Shown here piece after piece: positions 1 to 13,770 of a DNA stretch of 64,000 nt. The DNA lies in NCBI GenBank assembly GCA_002189035.1, contig CM007989.1, positions 5,828,001 to 5,892,000 on the forward strand, in the 5' to 3' direction. Origin of the DNA: Utricularia gibba (Eukaryota; Plantae; Magnoliophyta). The translations under genes were made by a program, and so were the position numbers. The notes under the pieces were generated by a model. That model did not search any database. It was not told the origin of the DNA and was given only the letters and a program-made list of their open reading frames with translations. Numbering within the stretch: the first letter of the stretch is position 1; every line of letters starts with the position of its first letter.

Positions 1-409
1 GTAGACTATAGATTAGGGGAAAAACAAGAGTCCGGGTAGACCTAAACCTTGTATGTTATGTGTATGATTTATTGTTTGTTTGAGCATGTTTAGTAATAAA
101 CATACATCCTCTAGAAATCTTAAGGCATCACTCATTTCATTTCATAAACAACCGAGTTCCCAAAGATATTACTTTTCTTTACTGTATTTTGTTGTAGTTC
201 TGCCTTAGTCCTAATTAAGACCAATTCTACCAACGTAACACTGATTTCTTGCATTGAGCTTCACATAACAAGCACCTAGCTCCTTGTGTTCGACCCTAGT
301 CCACTATGCTCATATTTTTCATATGATTTAATGTGAATTAGGTTTATAAATTTTATTTGATAAGAGAAATTTGCAATTCTAACGACGTTGCAATATTTTT
401 CGTTTATCA
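1..409 (+). mobile_element. 3' part of an Athila-type LTR (solo or 3' LTR), same family as 43176-44351
   Basis: Aligns by eye over ~400 bp with 43945-44351 (e.g. the shared block CTTCACATAACAAGCACCTAGCTCCTTGTGTTCGACCCTAGTCCACTATGCTCATA). Ends ...CGTTTATCA at 409, like the 44351 end, but no PBS follows. Confidence 0.9.
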
Positions 410-2318
410 ATGCATCACTACATTTTGCTCACAATTTCAGCCACTTCAACCCAAGATTCATTCGGCATGAGGGTCATTCACTCTAAAGTATGATTTGATA
501 CATAGAAGAATTTTTAGTAAAAGTCGATATCATAGTAAATGATTTCAAATGTCAATGGATAGAGGTATTGGGTGAGACGCTAAAGACAAATTAATGAGAC
601 ATACCAACCAACCTGATACTTAATCACCTTCACCTATACTAAATTATTAAAATGATTCAATAAAATGAATTTGAATAATACATAACAATGATTACATATT
701 GTTTAGAATTATATTTAAGTAATATTTTTCAATGTTTATTATAATAATTTATATTTTATAAATTAAAATATTATATAATTTGTGTATACCAGTTTAAAAA
801 TATTTATTCAAGTATTTTTTTAATTTAAAAATGTTTCAAATAAATGTAAAATAAAATCAATTGAATCTAATAATTGTGGTAACTTATCCAATCTAGTATA
901 TTTGAAAATATGAATTTTTAAAATATCAATAAATAAAGATTTAATAATAAAATTTTGAAAATTGAATTAATGCTTTCAAATTAATATAATTGATTTGAAG
1001 GAATAGAGATTTATAATTCTAAAAAAACACAACGATTGTTATTTTTTTTTATTAAATTTCATCTAAATTAATTCAAATAACATAAATTCCTATTATATTT
1101 TATTCAATTATATGCTAATATTGTTAAATATTGATTATTAAATTATCATTAAAATAAATTACCGTTTAAAAAAATAAATTGTTGCAACAATTTTATAAAA
1201 AGCCTTTGAAATAATTATTTTAAATACGTAATATATTATTATTTTTTATTAATAATAATCAATCTGTTTTTTATAATGAATAATCTTTAGTTAATAATTT
1301 TGATATTACAAATACAGATTTCACAAAAAAAGAATTCTGTTAATATTATAATAATAATTATGAAGAATCCATTTTTCTCAAAATCATTATTCTATATTAT
1401 TAAAATACAAATTATGATATTTATAATATACTCAAAAATAAAAAGTTGGGTAGTATTCTATATTTAAATATACACAGTTCACACAATAAGTACTTTTATA
1501 AAAGATATTTTTTGCATAAATAGTTTTCAGAATGATCTCCCACACTTTTACTCATAAGTTTTAGGAAAATTATGTTCCCCTAAAAACTTTTCCCTGGCTG
1601 ATTGCCAGCGAGCCTCCCCCTACTCGTTTAACTCTCTCCCCTTTTCTCCTTTTTTTTTTTTTTTTTTTTTTGTTCCCTCTCCAATTTCAGTTTCTCGTGA
1701 GGATTCGCATTTGTTGTTTTGAAACTATTCTAAAAAATATCTCATGGATTAGATAAATTGCTTGGTCTAGCTCAAATGGACTAGTCCTGTAAGGACTTCA
1801 TAGAACAATATACCACTTCGGCATCACATTAGAGACATATTTGGTCCAATTAAGTTTTCCTTGTGCAAAATTGGTTACAACAATTTTTTATTTTTCAGAT
1901 AAGACTAAAAAAGTCTATTAAATGGTTATAGACTAAGTGTTGGATATAATGGAGTTGTTACAAAATAAGCTGTCATGACAACAATCCACATAAGTCTTTT
2001 GGAGTTGAATTTGCATCCATGTTGTACCATTTCTTATTTAAACTACCACTAAATATTGAAAATCACAATTATATATAAAGTACATAATTGAGGTTTGCAA
2101 ACGCAATGTGGAAATAAGTGACTCTCTCAAAAACAAATACTTTAATACTTTCATGACCATAGAAAACTGATAAATTGCTCCCAATCCGCACAAAGCACTT
2201 CCCAACTTAAGCGCCACAAATGAGTGGGAGGAGCCTTTAGAGCACAAATAAGATCCATGACACTCGGAGGGACAACTCACACAACTCAAATAGTATAACT
2301 GAAATGCGTAGAGCATGA

Positions 2319-3597
2319 TCAAGAATCTGGAACAGTGGCAGTGGCAGTGGCAGCTGCGGGGCGTTTCATTGAAGCAGACTTGATCAAATGGTTGTAGCTT
2401 CCTTTTTCTTTGAATAGCTGTGAGAAATGAGGTTTGCAGTACAAGACTCCATCAAGGGCTGCATAGTTGGATGGAGACAGAGAACATCCGCCATGAGAAC
2501 ACTTGAAACATGACTTGTGATAGCTTTGGTTTTCCACGGTTACCTGAAAAATGCTTTGAAACATGAGACCCCCGGAGTCTAAACAGTAAACTTTAGACAT
2601 TAGAATCTTGTCAACAGTTAGTCTATCTTCCGCAAACCATACCTTCTCCAGAGGATAAGCAGTTTTGCCACAAGTTGCACATTTGTCTTGTGTTCCAGAA
2701 AACATTCCAGCTGCTTTGCTGGGAGATTTTGTCTGAAATTGCATTCAGCCAGTAGAAGAGATGAGGTGGGTGCACCTTTTCTTGTTGCTATTATAAATCT
2801 ACAACATACCAGCTGGGGAGGTAACTTCTCAGCAGACTTTGCAGCTACGAGAAATTGCATGTGGAGAGTACACCAAGCAAAACGTGAAACAAGGAAAAAA
2901 ATTCATAGCTAAGTAGGGGTATACACATACGTGATTGAAAATTCTTGCTGAAACTTCCGGTCTCCTTGAAAAGCTGCTCATAATGAGGCTTACAATATAG
3001 CACTCCCTCCATTGAAGAGTAACTGCTCAGCTGGGAGAAAGTTTCTTAATAGAATGAGATCTTGGTTATGTAGCTACATCAAAAACCAAAACGTACTTTG
3101 AACCTCTGAGGAAAAAGGTTCACTTTTGATAGCATGCGAGAAATGAGTGTAGTGTGCGTGTGTGGGTTTACTTATCGTAAAAGAACGAGAACTGGGCCAA
3201 CCAAGTATAAACCACAATTCTAATCATCAGAAGATATTAGTAGACTCGGTCCCAAGAATGATGTTTTGGTTTAAGTTTTAAGAAGATGAAACCTTTCAAA
3301 TACAGAACACATTTAGGACCACAAAGTTCGCAACTTGAGCAATACTTCACAGAAAAAAAAAAAAGAAAAAATCCCATTATGAAGCAGACAACTGAAGGAT
3401 GTACAAAAGTGAAGCTTTTCCGGATCAGGAGGAAACACAGAAAATTGTGAATCGGCGCAAACCTTGAGGGTGCCTTTGCAATGGGAGCATTTGAAGCAAG
3501 ACTTGTGATAACTGACTCCATCGGCTGATAAAAGCTCCACAGGATACACTGTCCTGCCACATGCCTTGCATTTCTGCTGAGTCCCAATAAAAGACAT
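2319..3597 (-). CDS. WLIM2: Two-LIM-domain actin-bundling protein, WLIM2 type, 194 aa
   Basis: Exons 3597-3463, 3030-2931, 2844-2810, 2732-2643, 2543-2319; all GT-AG and phase-consistent. MSFIGTQQKCKACGRTVYPVELLSADGVSYHKSCFKC... and TQDKCATCGKTAYPLEKVTVENQSYHKSCFKC... are the two plant LIM domains. Confidence 0.95.
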
Positions 3598-5564
3598 ATC
3601 GACTGAAAACAAAATGCTATAGATCTGAGCCTTCGCTCGTTCAAAAACCCGAAAAAGCAACAGCTCGATTATGGGTTCTGCAAAGGATTGCGGATCTATA
3701 ATTGAGAAGCCTGCTGGATCAAATACTAACCGCGGCTAGAGAGACGTGTTTTTTGGTGTCGAAGTGCAGAAGAAACAAGCGCGAAAAGCGGAGCAGCGAA
3801 GCATCAGCGAAGGAACCACCACTACAGCATGTGAAGAAAAGTCATCAGCACAGATAGCCCGGAACCCAAATGAGTAGTCATGATGATGTGGATTGTAGAT
3901 AGATGGAATGGAATGGAAAGCTCTAAACCTACGCCAAGAGCAATTGGATACGTGAAAGAGGGAATAATCATCTTCTTTGTAAAAACTGCGACACTCTTTT
4001 AAACTCGTGCTACCATTTATCATATATTTGAATTTAATGAATTCAATTTGATCTAATTTCTTATAAAAATAAGTATTAAATATAATATTTTTAAATTACA
4101 GATTTTTAATATTTTATAAAATTTCTTGAATTAAACCAAAAAAAAATTATGCATCAAGAGTTTGATGAAAATTTTCATATTTTTAATATTTATTTTGTAA
4201 CATTAAATTAACTTAATATGAAGATTATGTAAAGTGAGTAAAAAAAGTAAAAAATGTTAACCCGAAAAATAATACAATCGAAAATGCTTATGTATTAACA
4301 AAAAAGATTTCACTATAAACTTAAAAATGAAAATAAGAAATTTGTTCAAAAAGATAACTCTAGAAAAGATGGTTTCCCCTCTTTTGGGGTACTTTCCTTT
4401 ACCAAAAGTCAATATTCCTTACTTTCATATTTTGATTTTACTTATATAAAGTAAGATGATAAGATAATACTTTCTTTTTCTACAATATTTTATTGACATT
4501 ATTCTTTGAAGCACCTAGATTTTTTCCTTTGTTAGGGAATGGTTATTGCCTTCATCTCAGACATTATAGTCTTATCTTGGTGGATGATACACACACAATC
4601 AAGTCGTTAGCATGGCATGGACTTGGGAGGTCACCCCAAAGGGAGTATGACTCAATTTGGAGAGCTTCCAATGGCATCACATTTAAATAGTCTCTTGGAT
4701 TAGGATACCCTAGGGATGGTGCATCATAATTGCATCCAATTAATTTTTGCATAAGAATCTAGACATATTTGATCTCTAAACCATTTTGCCTTCTCATTTC
4801 AAAAAAAAAAGGGGCAACGTGGGAGGGGAGTTCTCTCACCTTATTTGAATTTCAACAAATTTCACCAAGAAATCACTATCTTTTGCCACTCCTCAGTCTC
4901 TTTTTGTGTCAAGGAACTTCCAAGGTATTTCACCATCTTTTTTGATAGTTCTCTCTTATAAAGATTGTCAGAATTTTGTGACACGAAGGAAAAAATGACT
5001 TTTAATTTTTTTTTAATTTACCTTCAAAGCTCACTTGTCAACTTGGAAGTTGAGTTAAACTCTACCCAACAAAACTTGGAGAAGGGACATCATCAAAAAC
5101 CAAATAAGCCATGTCAGAATCGGGTTATCACTCCCCATATTGCTCAATAAGCATATGTAGTATATTCTCCTAATGAAGAGATATGCCGCTTTTGATAGAA
5201 GATAATGTCAGAGGATATATATAGAAAGGATAAAATTCAGTTTTATCAATAATCCTTTTTACATGTATATATTGATGGAAGAGAAGAAAAAAAAGATTCT
5301 TTACTCCTTGGACAAACTTAACTTCTAGAAAAGGGAGGTAAAACTCCAAGAAAAAAGGAAGACTCTATAACTAGTGTTAGTAAAAATGAGTATATTTTTT
5401 TGTTTTTTTCTTAACGTTTTCATAGTAAAATCTTTTTTACTATGTATAGTACACTAGATTTTTTTTTGTTTTCCAAGGTTATCATTTGTTTTCTCCTTTT
5501 TTGCTTGCCATAAATCTTCATAAAGTCTAAATGTTTTGCAATTTAATATTTGTTTACTCCATAG

Positions 5565-7566
5565 TGGTGCTATCTATGGGATTCAACTTGTCCCCTATTA
5601 ATTCCCCTCCAATGCGTTAACATCTCAAGTTTGAGTTCAACATTTTGGTTGGATTGCTATTAAAAAAGTAGCGATGACTATAAGCCTCACAAGCACCAAA
5701 TATGAGAAAAAAAACCTCTAGAGGGAGACCATTCTGGCTAATATAGCAAGATTGCTCCTCCGACCAAGCTTCCCTGAAACGTATGTTGCCTTATGTTTTG
5801 AGCATAGTAAAATATTGGCAAAGCTTTTTCTGAATGTCACCAAGAAATATTTGAGAATTGATATCAATCAGTTGGAAATAGCTAGAAATATGTTAGCTTA
5901 ATCAGATGAACACAATAGAGACTCCCAAAACCCCATGATAGAGATGATGTGCATACATACTATTGGGTGAAATAGAAACAATTGTATAGTTCATGAATGC
6001 GTAGTCTATAATATAAAATTATTAATATTACTACATGTACACTATGTCGCAAGTTATCGCATCTCATGCCACCCAAGGGATTTAAAGGCTAACTTTTCCC
6101 TTGCAAAGTGAAAATTATATCCTTGTCATGAAGATTGACTCCATCTCTAGAGAAACCTTAATTATTATTGGGTTCTTAATGATAGTAAATTGGAAGTAGC
6201 TCTAGTTCAAACTAGTAGCTTAATAAAGACAAACTCCCCTCTTTATGAAACATTGGTTAATATAGTAATTTCCTTTGGAGTTAAACATTTAAGAGGTTCA
6301 TTAAGACCCAGATTATGATCCTTTAGTCACACCAAATATGCTAGGATGACCAAGATCAAGTAGTATTAGTTTATCAAGTTTTTACTATCTCATTATGGAT
6401 AAGGTCATGTAGCAACTTCTCATTTTGAGGAAGAAATCCTGCTCTTTAAGGCCAACTTGTCATTCTACAATTAACATGCAATCACCCCTATGGGAAGGTG
6501 CTACTAAACTTTACCTCAGGGCATGAGCATTTCCTCCATTCCTAAGATTGTGAATTCATTATGGTTCACTCTCGGATTGTTTATTAAATCATTTTTTGGA
6601 GAATATCAATCAATGCTTTTGACATGATGCCCTGAATGGTGCACATGAAGATCAAATGCTCCACATGAGTAGGAATGGTGACCCTCAATGTGTATTAGGC
6701 TTAAGCAAGAGCCTACTATGAGTTGTAATAATGTAAGTCAATAGCCCAATAAGGTCACCAAAGAAGGAAAACTCAATAAGAGACAGGCTAGAACCCATAA
6801 GATACAAGGATGGTGATCTGCATCATGTCCAATTTTTGGACAAATGCTTCATTACCTTATGAAACTCATTTATGAGAAATGATGTTTTGGAGTCAAAATC
6901 AGCAAATTTATGAGTCATTATGTTTCACATTGAGACATCAAGCCTAATCTACTTATAAGCAAGGCCTTGCTAGAGATGTGACCAGGATACAATGAAAAGT
7001 ACATGTCTCAAAAGATTTATCTCATGATCAATGGGAAAAAATCTTGCCTTTTTTCAAGGTTCTATGGAAGACCAATCTTCTAGAATGGATGAGAAGTGCA
7101 AGAAGTCATTACTCAAAGAGTACATATAGGCTTTATTTGGAAAACTTAAGAATCAACTTTAGTGTGGAAAAGATGGTTCTATCATTAAAAATAATTGCAA
7201 TTAAATTGAAACCATACTTCGAAGAATGGACTATAAATATACACACCCATCTTCTTCTAAAAAAAATCCTATCGAAATTGAAGTTGGCATGAAGGGCAAT
7301 AAAATGTTCCATAGGATTAAGCATCATCGATATTGAGTTGATTCTAAGGAAGATCATCAAAGATTAGGTGTTATCAAACTTACTAGTAGAAATGGCACTC
7401 CAAACTTCTATGGGGTATCCTATTCATGCGGCTCTTAAATTATAATACTACTTAACCAAGGTAAGCATGCTGACATCCATTATGAAGAAGGTAGTAAGGT
7501 TTTATGAGACAACTACATCTATAAGCTTCGAATTCTCAAACTTATAGATGAGAACAACTACATCTA
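5565..7566 (+). mobile_element. Old degenerate Tat-lineage Ty3/gypsy element, 5' half (PBS, RT/RNase H remnants)
   Basis: TGGTGCTATCTATGGGA at 5565-5581 follows a ...CA end at 5561 and reads as a transition-decayed TGGCGCCGTCTGTGGGA PBS. RT remnant CFGVKISKFMSHYVSH (cf. CVFGVTSGKFLGFMVS) near 6880; RNase H remnant TINIHTHLLLKKILSK near 7230. Many stops. Confidence 0.7.
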
Positions 7567-8089
7567 TGTTAAGGGTGAGAATCGGCACAAGAGTTGGAAC
7601 CGATTTTCAGGTTACGGAGTTCACCAGACGCGTCGAATCCAGGTGTGGGTTTTAAGCTTCGTTTGATGCGTTTAAAAAAAATAAGGAAGGACGAAGGTCT
7701 TTTACGTTGAAACCGTTGGAGGACGGGAAAACTACGGAGCTATCAGAGCTCGCCGGAGAATATCTTCACTAGATGGGAGTAAAAAAAAAAAATACAGGTT
7801 GAAGGGTTGAGAGCCGAACCCTTTTCTCTTTAGAACTTCTCCTATTTATAGAAGAGGTCGATCCGATCGAATCATGAATTCTGAAGCGGCCGGATGCTTT
7901 CCATGCCTGCTGTACCTGCTGCGAACCTACCCTTGGTAAATCGGCGACTGCTCTGCTATTGCTGTAATTTGTCCGAAACGGCCGCTTCTGACAAACCCTG
8001 ACAATTATCGGTCTGTCGGCCTGCACCAAGGTGTCAGTTTTGGCCACTTTTTAGTAATCGATTAGCCAGGCCCGAATTAGACCCGATCA
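7567..8089 (-). repeat. 3' LTR of the Tat element
   Basis: Direct repeat of 13749-14292; about 16 mismatches in the first ~100 aligned bp, mostly transitions. Confidence 0.93.
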
Positions 8090-8596
8090 TTCAGCCCCTC
8101 TGATTCGCCGATATTGGCCTTTTTAAGGTAGATCGGTGAATTAGAATTACTACTACACCGCTTTCGAGCTTGTCGTTTTTCCATGGGTGGGTCTCAAACC
8201 GATTTAGACTAACTTCTATGCCACGCCTCACCTCCCGGGCGCTCCACACTTTTTCCCGCTCGTTTTGGGTATCTCAAACGACACGACGTTTCGACTTCCG
8301 AGTATCTCTCCTATAAATCCATGCTTCTTCAGTCATTTCTTCCCTTTATTCTTTCTTCTTGCTTGCGATATTTCTATGCTACTCGTGCTTTGCCGCGTTC
8401 GCCGCCGTGTTAACCACCGGAAACTGCAAATTCTTCAGGTATCCGCACCTTCTTCGTATCTTTTCTCTGCATTCCTGGGTTAGTTCTGCGCTCCGCTAAG
8501 TTTTTGAGATCCTGATTTCCGCTCCCTCCATGGGTTTCTGTTTTTTCTTCGCCCCCCCTTTGCAACTTCCTCTCCTCTTTGATTCTCAAAAACAAG

Positions 8597-10389
8597 ATGG
8601 GCAGAAAATCTAGCGCACTGAACATCTCTGCAGTTCGTTCCAAGTACTCGATTCCGGAGGAGTACATTTCTCAGGCCAGGGACGCCCAGATTCCCTAGGG
8701 GTCTGGAGAAAGGCCTCTTCCCTGTTTTAGTCTCCCCATCCCCATTGCCTATTTGGAAAGCGGCCTCCGATTTCCGCTCCATCCCCTACTCATTCAGTTT
8801 CTTCACATGTTTGCCATCCCCCTCTACTACCTGGCCCCAAATTCGATTTTCTGTTTTACTACCTTCTTATTCTACTCGGCAAGTATGGATCCAGCAATGA
8901 CCCTGGTGGATTTCTTCCAGCTCTTTAAAGTTGTAGTCCGAAAAGCTAAGCCACCGATGCATGGGCGTGCTCACTTTCAATTTCGTCGGTTCGAAGACAA
9001 TCTCGATTTCATCGTTAAACCTCCCGACACTCACCACGACTGGTGGTTTTCTTTCATTTGGGTTGCTCCTCCCATAGGAGCTAGATGGAACTTCTCGATT
9101 AAGCCTCCCAGTCCCTTTGAGATCAAACCATTCGGCCGCTTTCGTCCTTCTAATGATTTTCGAAGAGATGTGTATCGAAGGCTCAACAAATGCTCTGTGA
9201 AATACGAGTCCCAGTCCCAAATGCTCTCGCGAGATACATTGACTGCTTGTGGGATCCTTGGCCACACTCGGGGCAGGCCATGGTTCGATTTCATCATTCC
9301 CCCGGGTTCTGAGTTAGAGTTTCGTCATCTCTTTCAATCTCCACCCAATATAACTGTCATTTCTGGTACACCTCCCACTTCCAATCCGACAATTTCATTT
9401 CCCTCTGATCCGATTCTTGAATCTTTTGCTCGCCCTTCACCTCTAAAGAAAAGAAAAAGGGTTAAAGTTTGGATGCAGAAACCTTCTAAAAGGCACAGAG
9501 TAGTCAGGTTCTACCTCCCCGAATTGCGGTATTTTTATGACATTTCACCATCCTTTCAATTTTCGAATGTAGCTGAGGAAATAGCAGGAGAACCGCCTTA
9601 TAGGATTCGGTGATGGCCCGTTTCTCTACCGAGATGCAAAGGGCGCAAGAGTCTGATGCCGCCCCTTCCCTTCAGGTTCGTTTTATATGAACCGTTATGT
9701 TGGGTTCCCAATTTTATCTCGTTAACTCTCCTTCTAGGCCAGATCCCCGGAGGCTCAGTCGGATGCTGGCGATCACGTTTCAGAGGGGGATCAGATGATT
9801 GAGGTCTCCGAGACTCGGGAGTCCACTCCTCCTCCTCCAATGAGGAAGGGAAAAGAGAAACTCTTCGCTTCTACTGATCCTGCTGAACTCCTGATTCTTG
9901 GTACAGGACCCTTCTCGGCTGATGCCTCTACATCAACTCCTCCGAATGAAAGGAGGGATTCTCCCCTTGCTAATGAGGTAAGGGAAGATCCTGCTCTTTT
10001 GCCATCGTCGTTTCCCCCTGAGCTGCAAAGGGCCTTGGAAGAAGCGATCCCAAGTCTCTCAGGGGTCCAGCTGGAGGTCATACTCATGGGAATTTGACAA
10101 GTTTTCCTCTTCTTCTTTTTTGGAGTTGTGCATAGCTAGTTTCTAACTTAACGGTCTTTTTAGGCTCTTACTTTTGGATGGGGCGTGGCCAAGGAGATGG
10201 GGTCTCATTTGGAGGAAGGATGAGAATATGCTGGATGTTATCATGGATGATTATCTTGCTCCCGAACTCGGATTTGAGGCTGATCGGGAACGCCTAACTA
10301 CGATCATTCGGGCTAGGATCAGGCAGGAGAATGACGCCAAGCTAAGAGCTAGGATGGAGGCAGGGAATAAGAATCTCACTGTGATATAA
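8597..10389 (+). pseudogene. Antisense extra ORF of the Tat element (PF04195 Transposase_28-like domain), disrupted
   Basis: ATG 8597 is in frame with ORF 8753-9613 across one TAG (8696-8698). Motifs RSKYSIPEEY and YLESGLRFPLHPLLIQFLHMFAIPLYYLAPNS. Fragments 9795-10097 and 10174-10389 follow. Confidence 0.8.
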
Positions 10390-13300
10390 ATATGCTCCCA
10401 GTCCCGTTGTAAGGTGAACCGTCAACATACATGGCCCATCGGTCATTAGTTTCCACGAATCGGTCGATGGGCCTGGTCATCTCAACTACAAAATTGGCTA
10501 GAGCTGGGCTTTTATCGTCGTTTTCGACCTGAATTCGATATCCATTGTGGTTAACTCGACCGCTCATTTGATGACCCTGCTAGAAATTTCGGGTCGAGAC
10601 AGAATATTCTTCAATGGCTGATTGGTGAATACCACAATGTGCCGATCTTGGAAATACGATTTCAGCTTAGTGGCTGCCATTTTCAGAGCCAGGATGAATT
10701 TTTCGATCACTGTGTATCAGGTTTCAGCCAGTCACAAAACCTTGCTCACACAATGCACAGGCAGATGTGTTTCTCCTGAGATAGTTAAAACTGCGCTTAC
10801 TGCAACGGGCGATATTGATAAATAGAGCCCTAGGGGCTCCCCTTCCTTTGGAGCCACCAGAAGTGGTGGCGATGAGAGATATTTTTTGAGCTTCTCAAAG
10901 GCAATCCTACAATCCTTGTTCCATTCTAAAGTATTTCCCTTTCATAGAGCCTTGAACGAGATATGAAACGGCTGAGGGCAGCCAATTTACCCGTGAGACT
11001 CTGATACTCCTTGATTGTCCTTGGGGGTTACATTTCACATATTGCCTTAATCTTCTCGGGGTCCAACAATGACATCTACCCGTTTTTCTATCTTTGGTAA
11101 GGGGTAGGGGTCCCTCTCGCAACAGGCATTGAGGTTGGTGAAGTCCACACACATTCTCCATTTCCCCTCAGGCTTTAGGACTACGACCGGGTTGGCTACC
11201 CATTCGGAGTACTGAATCTCCTTCATGTAGTCGGTTTCCAGTAGCTCTCTCATTTTCTCTTTGATAATCCGACACTTTTCTTCGGAGAAATGCCGTTGTT
11301 TTTGCCGAATCGGCTTTGCCCCCGAGTAGGTATCAATGTGATGCTCAAAGTTGTGCTACAAAGTCTGCAGCAGTCCAGGAAAAAATATCGACATTCTTTC
11401 TTAGAAGTTGCGCTAACCGTTTCTCAAAGTTGGCGTTCAAGTTGATGCCAACGTGGGTCGTTTTCTGTGTATCTCCGAGTACTAACTGCAGTGACTTGTA
11501 TCCCACCGATTCCATTGCTTGCCTGAGAGGTTCCCGGGGTTCCTTTTCCACCATCATTATCCTGGGTTTCTTTGCACAAGAGTCTCGACAAGAGGACACA
11601 TAACAGGATCGGGCGGTCAGTTGGTCAATATCCAGCGTATAGATGCCCCCTTGTGTTGGGAGCTTAACTTTCAGATGCATAGTTGAGGGTAACATAGCAA
11701 ATTGGTTGATGCCGGGTCGGTCGAGAATGATTTTGTATGAAACCTCCGAATCCAGTATCAAGAATTCCAGCCTTTCCATCCAGTTTCGGCCTGCAGCACC
11801 AAATTTTACAGGTAATGTCATTTTTCTGACTGTCTGTACGGCCCATTGATCGAAGGCGTATAACTCCATGCGAATCGGGCGAATATCCCCCTCCTTAGAT
11901 GATGCGAGTAACTCGGCAACCTCTTTCTTCATAATGTTGCAGGAGCATCTCTAATCAATGAGAATCCTTCTTACCTTGGTGCTTTTGCATGTCCCAGCTA
12001 CCACCAAAGGTTCATTTCGTGTGGCTGGGCGACGGGAATGTCTCTTTCGGAGAAGTTGATATCTTCTTTTTTCCCAAGAAGCTCTTTCGGTTTGATTTTT
12101 CCCGATTTCGAACACTTCTCCCTTTCTTATTTCTTCCAAGTACCTTTTCCTTGCTTTTCCCAATTCGTTGACTTCGGTGCCTCTGGATACCATGTGGATT
12201 TCCCGAACATAGGGGGGACTACCTTGTGCCCGGTCGGCGTTTCTTAAACTTTCCGGTCTGTCCTGTTCCCTTTCGGAGTTCTGGCCTTTATTGGCGCATG
12301 GGGCCCCCCTGGTGGTTTTAGAGGGAATTTCTGATACCGGCTTCCTTCATTCCTTGAGTGTTCGTTACGTCCCCACTTTCGCGCTGTTCTTTGCATGAGG
12401 TCTTGGGTCACATCGTTCACCCCAATGTCGGCATGATATTGCTTGATCATCTTTTTCATCACCCGGCAGTAGGCAGTATCGTGCCCTGTCTTCTTGTGTA
12501 TCTCACAATATGTGTTCGTTTTGATCGGTCCCACCTGATACACTTCGCGGCATTTATTCGGTCGGGGGACCCCGTTGGGCTGTACTTCTTGCTGCAATAC
12601 CGGCCAGATTTCTACACGAATTTTCATTTCGGCTCTGAGGTTTTCATCGACTCGGATGTATTTCATGATCTTTCTCAGCAATTCCCCAAGGTTCTTTGGT
12701 GGGGATTTACACAGGCTCTACCCCAATTTGGACGTTCATAGGGCTCGCTTCATTATTTCAAATCTTTCCTTCAAATCCAGATGAACATCTTGTGCTAAGC
12801 AATTGAATCGGTCGATGGTTCTTCTCAAGCTCTCTTTTCGGTGGTCATACCGAATAGAATAAAGTGCTGCTTTTGAAGGTGGAGCTTCGATGTTGACAGC
12901 GTATCGGGTAGTGAAGAGCAACACCAACTCCCGATAAGATCCCACACTACATGGTTCTAACTTCTTGAACCGAGTCTTTGCTCCATTTTGGAGCGAGCAA
13001 GGGAACAACTTACATTTCATGGCCTCCGAATACCGGACCGTGGCCATCCTCATGTCGAAGTCAGTCACATGGGATATGGGGTCCCCTTTTCCGTCATACA
13101 TGGGTAATTCGTCGGGGACCCAAAATCCCCTCTCTGGTTCCTCCCTGATTAATTCATCCGAGAAGGGGTCAAAACATAGCGCTAGAGTACCAGCTGCTCC
13201 TTCAACACTGCTTCTCAAGGCTAGGTCGATATCGATCATAACGTCCCCTCTTCCAGTGCACACGTTCTAATCAAAGGCATCCCTGAAGCCCTTACTCTCT

Positions 13301-13770
13301 CTTCCTTTGGGCAGCATTTGTCTGCCAATAAGTTTTCTTCTCTCACGAATTTGGTCTAATTCTCTTTTTAGCTCCTGGCTCATAGATAAGTTGGTTGCAC
13401 CTCTACCTTCGCAACATCTCCTCCTCGGTTTCGGATTCAGTCTCCGTGTCAGGGGGTATTCCGGAACTAGAGGTTGTTTTTCAGTCCTTCGTGCGGTTTC
13501 GGGCGTTCCCTCCTGTTTGTTGGAGTTCAACCTCGAAGATGCCTTAAAGTCGGAGAAAATTTCCATCACAAGTATTTTCAGTTGTTCCCTACTGATGATC
13601 ATGAGGCCGGGGTCTTGTACGCCGGCACTTCCTTCGTTGTCGGACTTGGTGGCCATGTTATTTTCCGCCATGATGGATGTTTGATGAGCGGCTTCTGTGG
13701 ATTTCTCGAGTGGGACAATAGATCTTGCCCCATGGTAGGCGCCAAAAATGCGAAGGGTGAAAATTGGCAC
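10376..13770 (-). pseudogene. gag-protease-partial RT-RNase H of the Tat element (frameshifted; RT core and integrase missing)
   Basis: gag FWVPDELPMYDGKGDPISHVTDF and Cys-His box YCEIHKKTGHDTAYC; protease VRRILID; RT N-terminus EWVANPVVVLKPEGKWRMCVDFTNLN; thumb PEKIKAICEM*PPRTIKE; second RNase H start WAMYVDGS. Confidence 0.9.

Noticed and set aside
640-1500. Extremely AT-rich tracts (also 16200-16700, 17050-17450, 41600-42100, 63750-64000) as Helitrons or MARs
   Set aside because: No diagnostic termini or hairpins found; composition alone is not evidence.
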